Part shown: one piece after another, positions 1 through 14,115 of the stretch
How positions within the stretch are numbered: position 1 is the stretch's first letter
How the letters are laid out: every line of letters begins with the position of its first letter
Assembly (NCBI RefSeq): GCF_036321535.1
Contig: NC_087437.1
Location: 30,754,001-30,818,000 of the forward strand
Origin: Camelus dromedarius
Lineage: Eukaryota
Direction of reading: 5' to 3'
Length of the DNA: 64,000 nucleotides
The notes under the pieces: model-generated
What the model was told of the DNA's origin: nothing
Database searches by the model: none
The model's input: the letters and a program-made list of their open reading frames with translations, nothing else
Made by a program: the position numbers and the translations under genes

Positions 1-3000
1 AGAAAAGGGAGCAGCATCCCGTGTTCAAACTGGCGCAGGGAATAAGGACCCGGAGCAGGGACAAATGACTGATCGTCACACCAGTGCTTGGCAGTCAGCG
101 AGCTGCCTCTGTTTAGAATGAGACCAAGTAATCTTGTGAACATGGACACACAGTGTGACACGATACAACCACACATTGCACTACGCTGCCCAAGGCCTTG
201 GTCCTCACCACTTACTAGGAGTTTGGTTAGACCCTGCTGGGGCCCACCAGTTACCCTTTCCAGATCTCAGAGTCCTCACTGATAAAATGTAGGCGTTACT
301 AATTCATCCACCAAGTACTCACGGGACATCTCCCAAATGCCAGGCCCTTAAGTCATGTTCCCTGTTCTCTACAGCTTCCATTGTAGAAGGAATCTCACAT
401 TAAATAATTTCTCAAGGTCCTTGAGGTCTTTTCCAGCCCCGAAAATTCTGTGCAAAAACTGAGGCTTTTTACTTCAAAAATAAGAGTGATCATTATAGGA
501 TAACCTCTCTCTAAAGTACTCATAAGCAAATGCATCCTCTCTCAAAGGTGAAAATATATTCGAGATGCCCTATGTTTCTTAACTTAGAAAAAAAAAATCT
601 GTACACACAGGCAGTAAAATGCTTCAGAGCAGATATAATTAAGCCTCCTGCCAAAAATCAGGTTGATTTTAGTTGCCAAAATTCTCGTTCCTTGGCAAGT
701 TATACAAATAGCAAGAATTCTGAAAATCTAACAGAGCTCTGTAGCTAGAAAAAAACATGATAAAGGTAGAAACACTTTTTCAAAAGCAATAAATTTATCA
801 ATGAGAGAAATAACTTTGAAGTACAGATTAATGATTAGTATTAAAATTATAACATCAAATATATTTTAATTTTCTGCTTCATCAGCCCCCCTCCTTCACA
901 GTCCGCTAGCACAAAGATGGTTACAAAGGCTAATTTTGTTAAAGACCTTGGAGAAAAGAGGAAAGAATTGCTCCTTCTTGAATACTAAAGATGATCAAAT
1001 AGGAAACCAGTAACATTTTAGCATCTTATATAAGTTAATCTAATTTAGAAATAATTTAGGACTGTGATTTATGCAAAACTTATTATCTAGCCAAGAAAAA
1101 AATCTTGTATTACTGGTATCAGAAACATGGTACCTACAGTTGCCAGATAGGACACATCAACACAGATTTACATAATTTAGGAGAAATGGTAAGGGAAAGG
1201 GGATCAAAAACTATCAAAAGGATCAAAGCAAGAGGCAAATGAGAGTATTATTTTCCAGACGGGTTCTCGGGAGCTAAAACAGGTGCACACATCTATGAAA
1301 GACGGTCTTAATCACAGGCTGCAAGTTGAGACACTGAGATTGAGTATTTGTCCTTGAAAAACCACTATTCTCCTGCCACTGACATAATTCACAAAGATCT
1401 AGACACTCTTACTATTTCTCAGTAGACGCAAAGAGGGACCGCTTTAAAGAGTTAACTTCCACAGCTAAAGGCTATTCATCTGTGGTTTTGCAGAGCAGCA
1501 GCTTTAAAAGTTTCACCCTGAGAAATGACAAATGTTCTAAGTGTCCTTTGGAATCATGGAGTCAACACCTTACCAGACAGTAAGTTACCAGATAGTGAAA
1601 TCATCATTTGATCTAAATGCTACATAGATTACGTTAATCTATTTGTCAAGTTCAGCACCTGGTTCCCCACGGAGAGTTAATAACCATTTATTGGCCATGA
1701 AGACACAAAAAAGTCATTTGGGTGCCACCAGGTGGGGAGAGCCCTGTCTTACAGAGCCCCGCTGCCCTCGGTGATGGAGAAACCAGGGTGACACTCAGGA
1801 TCCCCAGCCCTCCGGCAGCTCTGCAATGAACACTTGGCACTCACCTGGCCAACACGCAGAGGCTTTGCTATATTTTCTTGTAAAACTGCTTTTTTGTCAC
1901 AATATTCCAATACAATAAAGCTGTAACCATTTCCAATAATCAGAAAATGCAGAGATTTGAGCTTTATTCCACAGAAAATCCACTTAACCTTTCATAATAC
2001 TCAGCTCAGATCATAAAGGCCAGTTGAGTAGGAATGGCAGAATGTTGGCTTTTAGAATTAACCCTGCTACTAGCTGGTTGGTATGAATATGAATATGCCT
2101 TCTCATCTATTAAAGGAGAGTGGCTTTAGTCAGAGGTTTATATGGTTCAGAAGGGGCAAGAAGTAACAGATTACTTTGAAATATGATGAAAGCTGAGGAC
2201 TTTGTTCATAAGAGGGGGATGCCCAAAGTATATGCATGTACACATAGTGTTTGGAATTATGTTTTTGAGATTTCACAATGTCCTGAAGCCCGACTACAGG
2301 TTCTGGTCAGAATTCCCCAACCAGGTGGCATCTCAAGTCCTTCCTAGTGCTGCTATGCCATGCATCACTGTGGACCAGGGTGTTGCTTATATCCTTAACC
2401 TGATCTTCTAGGAAAGCTGTCTTCTAGAGGCTCACGTTTTAAAGCCCATTCTACATAGAAAATTACCTGGGCATTTGTTGCCTTCAAGAATCCTAGTCAG
2501 GAATCTGAGCATTGGGACGTCTGAGGTCTTTGCCATTAGCTGCCCCGCACATACAAGCCTCCATCCTCTAAATGTGCTGGTTGGTGGGAGTTATTCCCTT
2601 CCCTGTAACTCATTCCTCTCCCACCTGTTTCCTGAAGAAAAAGGACTGATCCCTCACTGCTGAGGACTCACACCCAAGCCCTGTGGTTCTGTAAGAGCCA
2701 TGCTGCTCACCCTTTATTGCGCCATCACCTGGGGATCTTGTGAAAATGCACATGCCAATTCAGTAGGACCCAGGTGGAGCTGTGAGACCGCATTTCTAAC
2801 AAGCTCCCAGGGACCACCCCAGCAGATACCAGCTCTCGGCCCCCACCCCAGTTCCCTAAGCCCCCTTCTCAGCCTGAGGACAGCCTGAGACACCATGGTG
2901 TCTCTTGGAGTCCTCCAGTGCCCTCTAAAAGGTCTGGAAGCTCTTTTAAAATACTTAAATCCATCACCCACCCCCAATTCCCAGTTGCTTTAAAAGAGAA

Positions 3001-4723
3001 AACTGTGTGTGACACATCATTGTGTCACAATAGCGAAAAAACTCTGGATTTCAGAGTCTGACAAACCTGGCTTTGAACACCATCATCTAACGATGTAGTT
3101 TGTGGCAAAGTGTTTACCTCTCTGAGTTTCACCTGTCAAACTGTCCTGCTGAAAGCCTTAAAAGGGATAACACTGGTAAAGCAAACAGCATCACCAGTTC
3201 TAATGACCACCTTCTTTCAGCATCAGCCCTAACATTTCCTGATGGCGCCCCAAGAATATTCGAATACAGAATCCACCAATTCGTCCTGACAAGGGCTAAA
3301 ATTAGTTATCTTAACATCTGCTCCAAATTCCTGTGTCCCCCTTACCACTCGAATGTGCAAAGAAGGTACCATCACGCAAAACGAGAGCGATCTGAGAAAA
3401 CAAGATTTCTCCCTCACAACTCTGCACTTGAAGGAAGAATGTTGGGACCCTGAGCAACAGTTTTCTCACATGTTAGGTGTTGGGGGTAGAACAGATGTCT
3501 ACAGGGACTGACAAAGTTTGCCTTCCACAATAAAATGTGTGCACTTCTCTAAGCCTCTAGGTAGCCCTTAGTTTTCCAGGGTAGACAGACAAGCACAAGT
3601 CTAATAATACTCGAGATTCATCTGACGCACTCCAAACAGTGGTACTGTTCTCCCAGTTCCTGTGCTTCCTATTTATTTCTGCATCAGTCCTTTCAATTAT
3701 CCTGTTGTGAACAGTGGAGTCCTCATTATGGATGAGTCAAAATAAAACACTTAATACATTCTCTGCTGCTCACTGTTAATAGCCTTCCCAGAGTAATTCT
3801 ACTTACCATCAGGAGGCCATGGAAAACCTTGTGAGATCAGTTAATGCTCAAAGGTATCTATTTGCATCACGAAACAGATGTATCAGCTGTCAAGCTTGGA
3901 CAAATCACACTTTAAGGGCACTAAGAAAGCAATGATTATTAGAAGGAATATGAAATAAATCTGTTAGTGAAAAAAAAGACCATATGAAGGTGAGCATATC
4001 ACCTGCCCCTCCCCACTCCTCTGTATAAAACCAAGAGTTTCATGTAGCACATTTGCCCAAACTAGTGAATAATTACAAAAGATACCAAATCAGTAAATTA
4101 ATACCTGATTTAGTTCACTAACCCAGATCAATATTTTAGTAAATCTACAACTTCAGTCCAGTGACTCTCACCCCTTCACAGTGCAACAAAATCACTTGAA
4201 GTTAAACAAATACAAAGATATTGATATAAGGAATGAAAGAATGAAGACCCCAGGATGCCAGCCCCATCCTGCAGAGATGATTTAACTAGGATAACATAGG
4301 ACCCAACTTTCGGTACTTTTGAAGCACCCCAGCAGGTTCTAATGTATAACCAGAGGTGAGAATCAATCTTTAGTCTTTGGGTTTTAAATCACCTTAAGGA
4401 AGTGCAGGCTTAACACATATTGAGATTATAGATTATTTCTTTAGTCTTTTCTGTACTCTCCAACTTTTCAACAGTAAGCCTGTATTGTGCTCAATTAAGT
4501 GAAAAAAAGAATTTTACAAAAAATGAGCATCTACAAAATCCCAAGTGTAAATGACTCTACATTTTCTGCTTCCATATTCAAACACATACTTATATCCATA
4601 TTCTTTTGAGATGTCCCCCCTTCCCATACCTTCAGTATAAAATTGGCTATCATCACAGAAAATAACCATTATCAAATTCATGAATTCTACAGTTCCATTG
4701 AGAAAGTATTTTCCACCTTAAGT

Positions 4724-4932
4724 CTGGGGTTCTTAACCCACCAGAATATAACTGGCTGCCCACTGGAATTATGTGCAGAGTTCCAAAAATTCCCCGAGGC
4801 TCTGGCCATACCCCAAATCAATTAATCAGAACCTCTGGGCTGGGACCCAAGCAACAGTTTGCTGGGGTTTTTTGGGTTTTTTTTAATATCCTCAGGTGAT
4901 TCCAATGTGCAGCCAAGGCTGGGAGCCACTGG
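4724..4932. mobile_element. MER5-like hAT DNA transposon fossil (similar remnants at about 2700-2870 and 4160-4365)
   Basis: aatcagaacctctggg...caggtgattccaatgtgcagccaaggctgggagccactg, typical MER5 end. Confidence 0.75.
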
Positions 4933-5685
4933 CTTAAAGAGGTAATTAATACAAGTCTCTAGAGATAAGCTTCTGCTGGTTTAAAAGCACAATACCTTGA
5001 AATTCTGACACTGGTATAATTTCAAAAAAAGTGGTCATCTGTGGATATGCATTGATATTCAACTTCAAGTTGCCAAGGAATAAAAATAAGACACTAAATA
5101 ATAAATATGTTTCCTCTTCTCCATTTTAATTGGGGATAAGTCACCATCTTCTACATTTAAATACAAGTTCTGAGAACACTGTTATATGTCAGTCACATAT
5201 TCTGACCAAGAGACGAATATGGACAAAACAATTTTGGACCAAAAAAAATGTGTTCACAGGTTCTACATTTATCCTCCCAAATAGGTGTTATTCTCGTAGT
5301 AACTTTGCTACCTAGAAGTCAGAACTGTACTCTCATGGTGCTTTAGTTTCTTAGATGAAAGGCCTTAATGCCAACCATTTTTCTTCTCCGTAAATCTGAA
5401 ATAAAAATGCATCTTCTTAACTTTTAAACAAGCTCTATGCTGTTAAATTATTCTCCTCGCGTACCCCCAGGCCTCCTTCCCTCCTCTTACTGACAAAACT
5501 GGTGCTTTTGTTTTGGTGCAGGTCTACTCTGACCCCCCAGGGCAAGAATTATCCCACAGACAACACTCACTCCTGTGCCTGGAGATTTTCAGACCCAAGC
5601 AGCAGAGAATATTAATAGTATGCAAAATAACTTCAATTAAACAGCTTTTAATAACAGTGTTATTTTAACAGACAAAACCTCCATT

Positions 5686-5776
5686 TTCAGAGTCGAATAA
5701 AATAAACACATATATAACCAACATGGAAATTCAGAGTCGAATAAAATAAACACATATATAACCAACATGGAAATTC
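5686..5776. repeat. Perfect 44-bp tandem duplication
   Basis: ttcagagtcgaataaaataaacacatatataaccaacatggaaa at 5686 and 5730, followed by ttc. Confidence 0.97.
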
Positions 5777-8700
5777 TGGAAAGTATTATTAAATGAATTC
5801 AGAAAGTCTAAGAAATTCTTTTAAAGACACGGCTTCGCCCCTTCCCATTTAGAGGCATTCTCCATTTGTCTTTTCTAAAGCACACTAGGATGCTCAGCAG
5901 AGCGGCCTTTCCCTTCTCAGTCTCAGCATGGCACAGTTTATACGTATGCTTTTGTTATCCAAGGCAAAAGCATGGGTGAGGGAAAGAAGACAGTCTGCAG
6001 CCAGAGAGCGATGCCTTCCAAGCACCAGGATGAAAGGCTAGACTGGAGAGAGTGCAAAAGTAATGCAACAGTAGGTGGTGCTTCTCTCCCCTGTTAATTG
6101 CCATGTTTTAACGAGCACCTACTGTATGCAATGCACTCATCGAGGTACTGGAGATGGAAGTCGGAACAGTCTCTGCTCCCCTGGAACTCAGAAGTATGAG
6201 GAGGGCAGAAACTAAACTGGTTCTCACGAAACTGTTTTATGGCAACAGTGATCATACCACAAGGCAGTGATGCAGGATGAGAGAAGAGTCTAAAAGGGGG
6301 GCTGACCAGATCTGGGAAGTCAGAATCAGTTTCTCTGCAGAGGGGGCCCTTACTCTGGGATCTGAAGGATGAGGTGGCAGCTGGCTAAGCAAAGAAGGGG
6401 TCAGTTTTGTGGGAAAGGAATGTGAAGGTCAGTGTAGCTGTGGTGCCAAGAGGGAGGGAAGGCACAAAACAAGGCTGGTGAGGCAGCCAGGCACTGAGGG
6501 AAAAGGGAGTGAGTGTGAAGACCTGGGGGCCTCTGCATAGCTGCGGGGAGGAGGATGCGCACCTGGGTACGGCGCACAGAGGGATGTGCTAAGCCAGGAA
6601 CACACTGTTGGGAGTTACTGGTGTACAGATGCAAGTTGAAGCTGTGGGAGTGGGTGAAACACACACACTGGGCTATGGGCTTCAAATAAACAAAAAACAA
6701 AAAATCTGAACATTCCTTTGAAACCCACAGTTTGCACATGTGCTAACCCCAAACATACTTGCTGAGAGAAATAAGCCCTAAGAAAATATAAACTATGGCA
6801 GGTTTTGGGGGATGACTTTTCATGTACACAGTATAAAGGAACAAACTGGAATTTCTAATCTTTGTTTTGATAGATGGGAGACAGGAGGGTTTTGTGATTA
6901 TAAATAACAATCACTAATAATTATTACTGTAGTCCAATGAAAAAATCTGGATCTTTTGTATAACTAAATTAAATAATTATACTGCCCTGAAAGAACCCCG
7001 AATCCACCCGTGGAAAGACATTTCATCCTCCCACCCATCTCTGTGCATACTTTAGGCACACAGTAGAAAAGACAATTGGGAAAATAAGACAGCAGAGGAA
7101 AATTAATTATAATTATGGAAATGCAGCTTAAAGAACAAAGGCTTAAATTTGTAACACGTCTGAGGGGATATAATTCTCATAAGTAACCACTTAAAATGTG
7201 AGAAGTCTACAAATCTGAAGAAGTTGACTGTTTATTAGTTATATTTCTTCTTTCTAATTCAGTAATTAGAAAACTGGTGTTCCCAAGCATAAAAGAACAC
7301 AATCAAGGACCTTTCTGCTTGGCTGGACTCCCAGTGGCCACAGGTTTAAGAGAATTTGAGAGTCTACTGGGAAAGGCCAGCCAAGGATATCACTTAACAC
7401 AATAGGCTTGTTTCAGACAACAACTAAAGCTAGACCTTCAAAGACTGAACACTGTTAACTTCTCATCCACCTGGGCTTCCCTGGGGTCCAGATCTTCAAT
7501 TTGCCCTTTTGCAATGCACTCTACCCGCATCTGTCCATGCCCTCCATCATTACGAAGTGTGAATCACCTCGACACAGAAAGCATGACAAAACAGAACACA
7601 GTGGGTTCAGTTACCCAGCAAAATCCCCCCATCAAGTTAGATTCCTAGTGGGGAAAAGAGGCTGGGACACCTCACCATGGGTTTTTCTAAATCTAGACAA
7701 TTGCTTGGTTCTAATCAATCCAGCTACACAGCTTGTAAGAAGCAAGCACAATAAAGAACACCAGTACCTTTGGGGAAAGGAAGTCACTCTAATCCAAAAT
7801 GTTAGTGGACAAGGGCCAGACTGGAGTGGCTCCAGAGGGGCCCAAGCAGAACTGTCAGGGGTGAGGAGAGTGGGATTCCATCCATTCCATGTCCCAGTAC
7901 CTGAGCCCCTATTACGTGTACAGCCTGGGTGCCTGGAGGGGTAGGCAGTGCTCTGAGGACTGAAATCACTCCTAAAGACGAGCAGGGGAACAGCTACTGA
8001 AGAGTAATTCAGAGACTTCCTAAGGCTTATGGGAGCAGCCCCCACGGCAGGTGAGAGGAGACGGAGAGACTGTGTCAGCAGGTCTGGGAAGAGGACGGAG
8101 CGACTGCATGCCCAGCCCATCCTCCACAGCCTGCAGCAGCCGACACAACTCCATATGGAGAAACACAGATATAAGAGAAAGGGCAGAAAGGGCGGGGACC
8201 AGGTGGTTGCCCAAGAGTCTGCAGGGCAAGGGAAGCCATGCCTCAGCCAGAGGGAATTAGAAACAGACAATGGGTGGGGCCAAAGGGGGACAGGGGGCCT
8301 CTCTGAAGAGCCCGTGGTGATAGAGGGGGCCGGGGCAAAACCAAATATCCACAGAAGGTGGAAACAGAGAGAGAATTATTTCACCACCAGTGATGTACCA
8401 ACAGGTGCCAGGATGTGGGTCAAAGACCTCTGCTTCCCCGGTCTCTTCCTTGTACCCAAATCTGAAGATCTAGGCCTTGAATTCTTCCTCAAGGGGAAGA
8501 ACTATAACAAAGCCAGATGAACCCTCACCCTCAACCCCCAACATTCAGGTCAGGCCTGCACTGGGCTAAGGGAGGAGGTGGGATTTAAATGAGTTTGAGA
8601 TTAACATTTTAAGCCAGATTAGACCCTCAATGACCAAAAGGAGCCAGAAAGTAATAGAATCTGCCCAAGCTGCTGCAAAGAGTATTTTTTTAAGTATTAA

Positions 8701-11700
8701 TTGGAGAAAAAATAAAACATTTTTGTGTATATGCTGCATTAAGTTGAGAATACTCAATAAACCAGTTACAAATGGAATGCCCATCATGGGGAAAGGCTCC
8801 CCCAACAACTCCCCCCCAAAAAAACATTAAATGTTAATATAAATAGCATTTCACTGAGGCTCTCATTGAGAATTTTCTCCATCTTCAACAGATGAAGGAA
8901 AAGCACATGTTCCGAAAAGGGTACAGAGTAGGCTTGTTTCATACCAGCTCACAATAAAGTTTGTGTTCTAACTAGACAGAAGCAACTACTTTTGTAAGGC
9001 CTGAATGGCTGGCTCTGCTTTGTCTCGGGCAAGGAAGAAGGACAGAAATCACTTTGGTCAGTCAGTTCTCAGCAAACTCCCCAATCAGCCTCTGTTTAAA
9101 AGTAGCCTGAGGAGAGGAAGTAGAGAAACAAGCATTTCTTGAAATTATACCACTTAGAAAGAAGTTTAGAGGTCATGTGTCCTAAATCAAATCACTTGGC
9201 TGACATGGAAACTTAGTCCCAAAGGGAACAAATCACCCAAAGCAACCTTGCAGGAGGGTGGCCCCTGCAAGATGCCACAGCTGGGTCAGGCCTTGCCTCC
9301 CTTAGCCAAGCCTTCACTGCACCTCTGGCATGTTTGCAAGATGCACCTGAACATCATAGACCAGAAAAGACACCTGCCCTCCATGCTTTCTGCCTGGTGG
9401 CCACGGTGGGGAGACTTGAGTGTGGGGCTCAAGTGGAAATCCACTGGGCAAAGCTGCTTCCAGAATTAGTTCTATTATAACTTATAACATTTAAATGACT
9501 CAAGTATCTTCTCTCCCTTTAAGATCTATCTCCCCCACCCCTTTCTCAATTTGTCTTTGAAATTTTTTCCATGCAGTGTTCTTATCCAGGAGATAATACT
9601 TTTGATCTTAATGATGCTCACAAAATCTTGACTATTATTGCATTAGTAGGAATTCTCTGTGCACTGGTATTTTCCTGGACTTAGAAGAGGATGTTTATAC
9701 AGTCATCATCAGCTGGAAAAACCAGGTTTTGACTCAGTAAAGGAATGACACTCTAGTAAGAAATCTAGTAATGTCCCAAACCCCTACAGCAGGCAGGCTG
9801 CTGAAGTCATAACTTGCTAATAAACTAGCCTAAATTCACTCCTGCATAATTTCATTCTCCTTTCATATTTACCAGGCAGGACCTGGCATTCTTCTTTCTT
9901 TTTCCAGCGAGGATGGAATTGCAGTGATGGGCAACTTCTCCACTCCTCTTTTTGGAATATCATGATGTTTGTCCTGAAACCTTGTCAGTCCTCGATCCTG
10001 CTCTCTGCATGGTCAGGAGGGACTCAGGAGGTCCCTGCACACACACACCTCCCCCTAAAGAGAAATGGAGCTTTCTGCCAGGGCAAGGGTAACTACAAAA
10101 TTTACAGTCAAACAGGACTCTCTCCTCCTCGTCGCCGTCTAGCCAGGCTTCCCACCCCGCGTTCTGGCCTTAGGGCCCTCCAGTTCACCCCACGTCCTGC
10201 CGGACTACACAGAGACTGCCACATTTCTGCTAGAAGGGAACTTTGGAATCTGGAAAAAGCCTCATTTGAGAAATAGGGAAACTGAGGGTCCCCTAGGTGA
10301 CAAAAGGCTACATGAGTGAGCAGTAAAGCTGGAGACAGAGCTAGTCTCCAGGATCCCATCCCACCCTGTCTTCCTTCACACGGGCCATCCAGTTTCTATC
10401 CTCACACCACCGACGAGGCCTCTGGCCAGGAAGGGAAGGCTGGGGGAAAGTAATTATTTAATTAAATCAATTGATTAGTTTCCTTAGAAGGCTGTTAAGA
10501 GGCAAAGTAAAAGTACACGGAAGGCACTTTTTAAAAACACATACTACATAAACATTTAATACGAGAACTATCCTTAATTTTATCCCTAGATAGTGAGAGA
10601 TACTTGTAATTTCTAGTCTAGATTTATGACAGTCATTCAGAAACAGTCATGTAGCAACATGGTAACAACAGAAATAAATTTCAACAGAAAGTGGGGTGAT
10701 ACCATAATAACGTGCAGGAAAACAATAATTTTTCCAACATCACAATTATAACTATCAATACATGAAAACAAAAATTCCCACCTCCAAGTATATTACACTA
10801 AGGAACTCCAATGTTTGAAAAAGCTTACATGCATTAGAAATAGTGTGTATTAATTGCAAATCCACTGATCACTGGTATAAGAATCTGTGTCCTAGGATGG
10901 AAAAAAGTGCTGCAATTCATGACAACCAAGAGAAAGAGCTGAGGGTAGAGGTAATTTTCAAGTAATAATAATTCATGAAAATATAAGCCATTAAAGCAAA
11001 GATCATACTACAGAAATCACTCTTAGCCCAAGTTTTTTTCTCTATGAAAACATATTAGAACAAAGCCAACTAGAGAAAAACTCTAGCAATTGGCTCCTTT
11101 GATAGGTACACAATCCCTTTGACTTCAACAGGTTCCCTAAAAATCTAGGTAAAGGACAGACAAGTGGGAAACACAAAACCAGCCCATCATAATTCCTACA
11201 GGGGTCCCTTCCTCACTGACACAGAATTAAGTCAATTCCAGCAGCTCCTTTCTGGTGGCCAGCATTCACCATTGCCGACCTTTCCCAGATACTCCATCCC
11301 TACATCACGATTGCTATGAAGATGAGAGTAGGTAAGAGACTGGACAGAAACAGAGGATTAGTGTTTCTCTTCGGGTTGTGAGTGTGTGGGTAATTCTCAA
11401 AATTGTTTCCAATGAGAACATACCTCTCCCATACTCAGAAAATGAATATGCTTTATGAACTGTCGAAGAGTATACAAATGTTACATTTTTATTTTTACCC
11501 TTTTATTGACCACTTAAGCCCACCTAGTCCTCACTTTAATGTAGCTTTTTTCTCCTGGGAATACTGCCGAAGTCTAGCACATTTTGCCCATTCAAGGCTG
11601 CATATTCTAAAAGTCTATTATATTGCAGGGGAAATGGTTCTTTCCTGTTTCTAATGTAAGGGGTTTTGTTTCTTTTTGTTTCGATTGATCTGGTTATGTA

Positions 11701-14036
11701 AGAAGAGTTACTGGCAGACAAGAAGGTCCTCCAAAAGAAATCTGACATTTCTGACGCAGAGGGGTCCTGTCCCCTCTACTCTCTCAGAAACGTTCTGAAA
11801 TCCTCTGCAAAGGTATTGTCACTAGCACTCCCTTGGCTTAAAGTATACCTCAACTCCTTACACCTCTCCATTAAGTTAAATAAATTCCTATCTTAACAGA
11901 CATTAATTTTCTGCAGAGGTAAACAAAAAGGAAGAGCAGAAGCATCATAATTTCCCAAATTACATATCCTTTGGCACAGAGATCCAAAATGGTATCTTAC
12001 ACTATCAGAGAGACTTAAAGCTATTGCTTTGTCATAAGTGAATATAATCATGATTCTAATTGGCTTTAATACTTTTAATCTTGGGAAGATTTGATATCTC
12101 TAAATCCTCTCAAAAGAGTAACTTTTGAATGTAAGAGTAACCAATTCGTATTTTAAGTATTCTACTGCCCCCTTGTGTATCTCACGTTTAGTGACAAGAC
12201 AGCTCGCAAAATACGTAGTCATTGCGCTTCACAGAAATACTTCAATGGAATTTCATAGACTAGAACCAGAAAGAACCTCAAAAATCATTGAGTCCAGGAC
12301 ACTCACTTCACAGAGGAGAAAACAGATCCTGAAGGATTATACAACTTGGTAAAGATCAGACACTGCTAGTTGATAGCAGAGCAAATACTGCTGAATAGAA
12401 CTTAAACCTCTCAGAGTGTTAATTTCTCTACTGAAATGGGGGTGGAGCCTGGAAGAAAATAGTGGGGTTTGGGAGTTAAGCAGATGTGAGTTTGATTTTA
12501 CATCACCACTTCACAACCTCCCCAAGCCTCTGTTTAACCATCCATAAAGTAGGATGAATAGTAACAATTGCAAAAGTGTTGAAAGGATTTAATAGGACAA
12601 TGTTCTTCAAGCCCTCGGCATAAATACTTGCAATCCAGTGATACACTAAGTGGTAACACAACTATAAGAATACATAGGAAATTGTTTGTAAGCTGTTACA
12701 GCCTTTGAGATCTCGGGACACAGGGATTCTAAAATGATGAATTCTAAAAACAGCTCCATCTGACCTTGTTCAAAATTCGCACAAAATTTGGCAAATTAAA
12801 GCTGATCTGTCTAATTCCTATGTTTCTTTGATTATCACATTTATTCTTTTTTAATACAAGTAAATTTGTAACAGAAGATACCACACAGCAAACACTGTCA
12901 GATGAGATTCACAGGAAAACAAAGTAGAACTCAGAGTGTTAAGTCAACACTTCGTCTCCTTTGCTAAGAGGCCTTCACCACTGCAATGCCAAGAGAGCCG
13001 GCCCGGAAAGGTAGAGGCTGGCATTTTAGATCTGACCTTATTAACAACTGGCTGTGTCATCTTGGGCTGGTCATTTCATTTCAACTTCCCTTTCTTGACC
13101 TGTAAATGAAGCCATCCTCCAACTAATCAAGTCCTACAGTGAGGAGGTATCATGAGCACGAAAAAACACAGCAAAACGTGCCTTAACAAAGTAAACAGGG
13201 TTAAGTTTGTTATCTTAAACTTAATCTGAAGCAATAAAAAACATTAAGTCTGTCTCTAAATTGGGGGAGAAAAACCAAACTTAGAAAGTCGAAGGCAGCT
13301 AAGATTACAGGATTCTGTTAAACAGCACTCCACTCCCTGTGAAATCTCTCGCTTCCCTCTACAATTCCACCAGCTTTTGATGGAGATTAGTCCAAAAATT
13401 CTGGCAACACATAAATCTCTGACTCGTAAGTAAATTTCACTCAAGGGCATCCTGATATCAGGATTGACAAGAGCTGATCCCTGATGGCCTCACAAAACAA
13501 ATACACCATCAGGGTAAAGGCGATTCGTCTTAGTTTGACATGGAAATGATTAATATTGATGATTCTCTGATATACAGCTGCAGTAATGCACCCAGATAGT
13601 TATGGTTTAGTGCTGTGACCTGCTCTGTTTTTATCCAGAGCCTGACAGAAGGGACACAGCATGCTGGTAATAAGCCCTGACTGGTGAGCCACCAATATTA
13701 ACCAAACACTACCTATGGCTCTAGCTCCCCAAATTTCAAACATCAGAAAGGGGTACTACTGGAGCCAACGGTGCAGTGGAAGAGGAAAAGCACTGACACA
13801 AACTAACTTGCCAGGTAGGAGGTGATGGCACCATCACAGTCGTCCGGGTGGGCGCTTGCTTCCAGCTGTGGGACACAGGTCCCATGGGGCTTCTTGGGTA
13901 CTTTTTCATCGACAAGTGAACTCAAGCTCTTGGTTCAACCCAACAATTATCGCCTATTTGCATCCAGAGTGCTGATAAAAGTGCTATCAGAAACAAAATT
14001 AAAGCTCTAAGGACGGGAGGACAAAATGCAGCTCAC

Positions 14037-14115
14037 CATGAAACAGGCTGTTGTCCACCAGGAAGTGCCTGCGGTACTGCACGCTGTTCTTTTTCTCCAA
14101 GTTCCAGTAACTCAT
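14037..14115 (-). CDS. PLCH1: PLCH1 (phospholipase C eta 1) first coding exon, MSYWNLEKKNSVQYRRHFLVDNSLFH(V); whole exon 14155-14037 including 40 nt 5'UTR
   Basis: Acceptor TTGACAG| at 14156, ATG at 14115 preceded by an in-frame TGA, donor ATG|GTGAGC at 14036. Peptide matches the recalled PLCH1 isoform N-terminus. Same-strand position downstream of C3orf33 fits known PLCH1-C3orf33 synteny. Confidence 0.88.

Noticed and set aside
5686..5776. CRISPR-like or other prokaryotic repeat array
   Set aside because: Only two adjacent copies with no spacers, in a mammalian context with no cas-like ORFs.
7501..8520. Cluster of long overlapping ORFs (212, 163 and 147 aa)
   Set aside because: No recognisable domains or splice structure. 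They occur on both strands of moderately GC-rich intronic DNA, consistent with chance.
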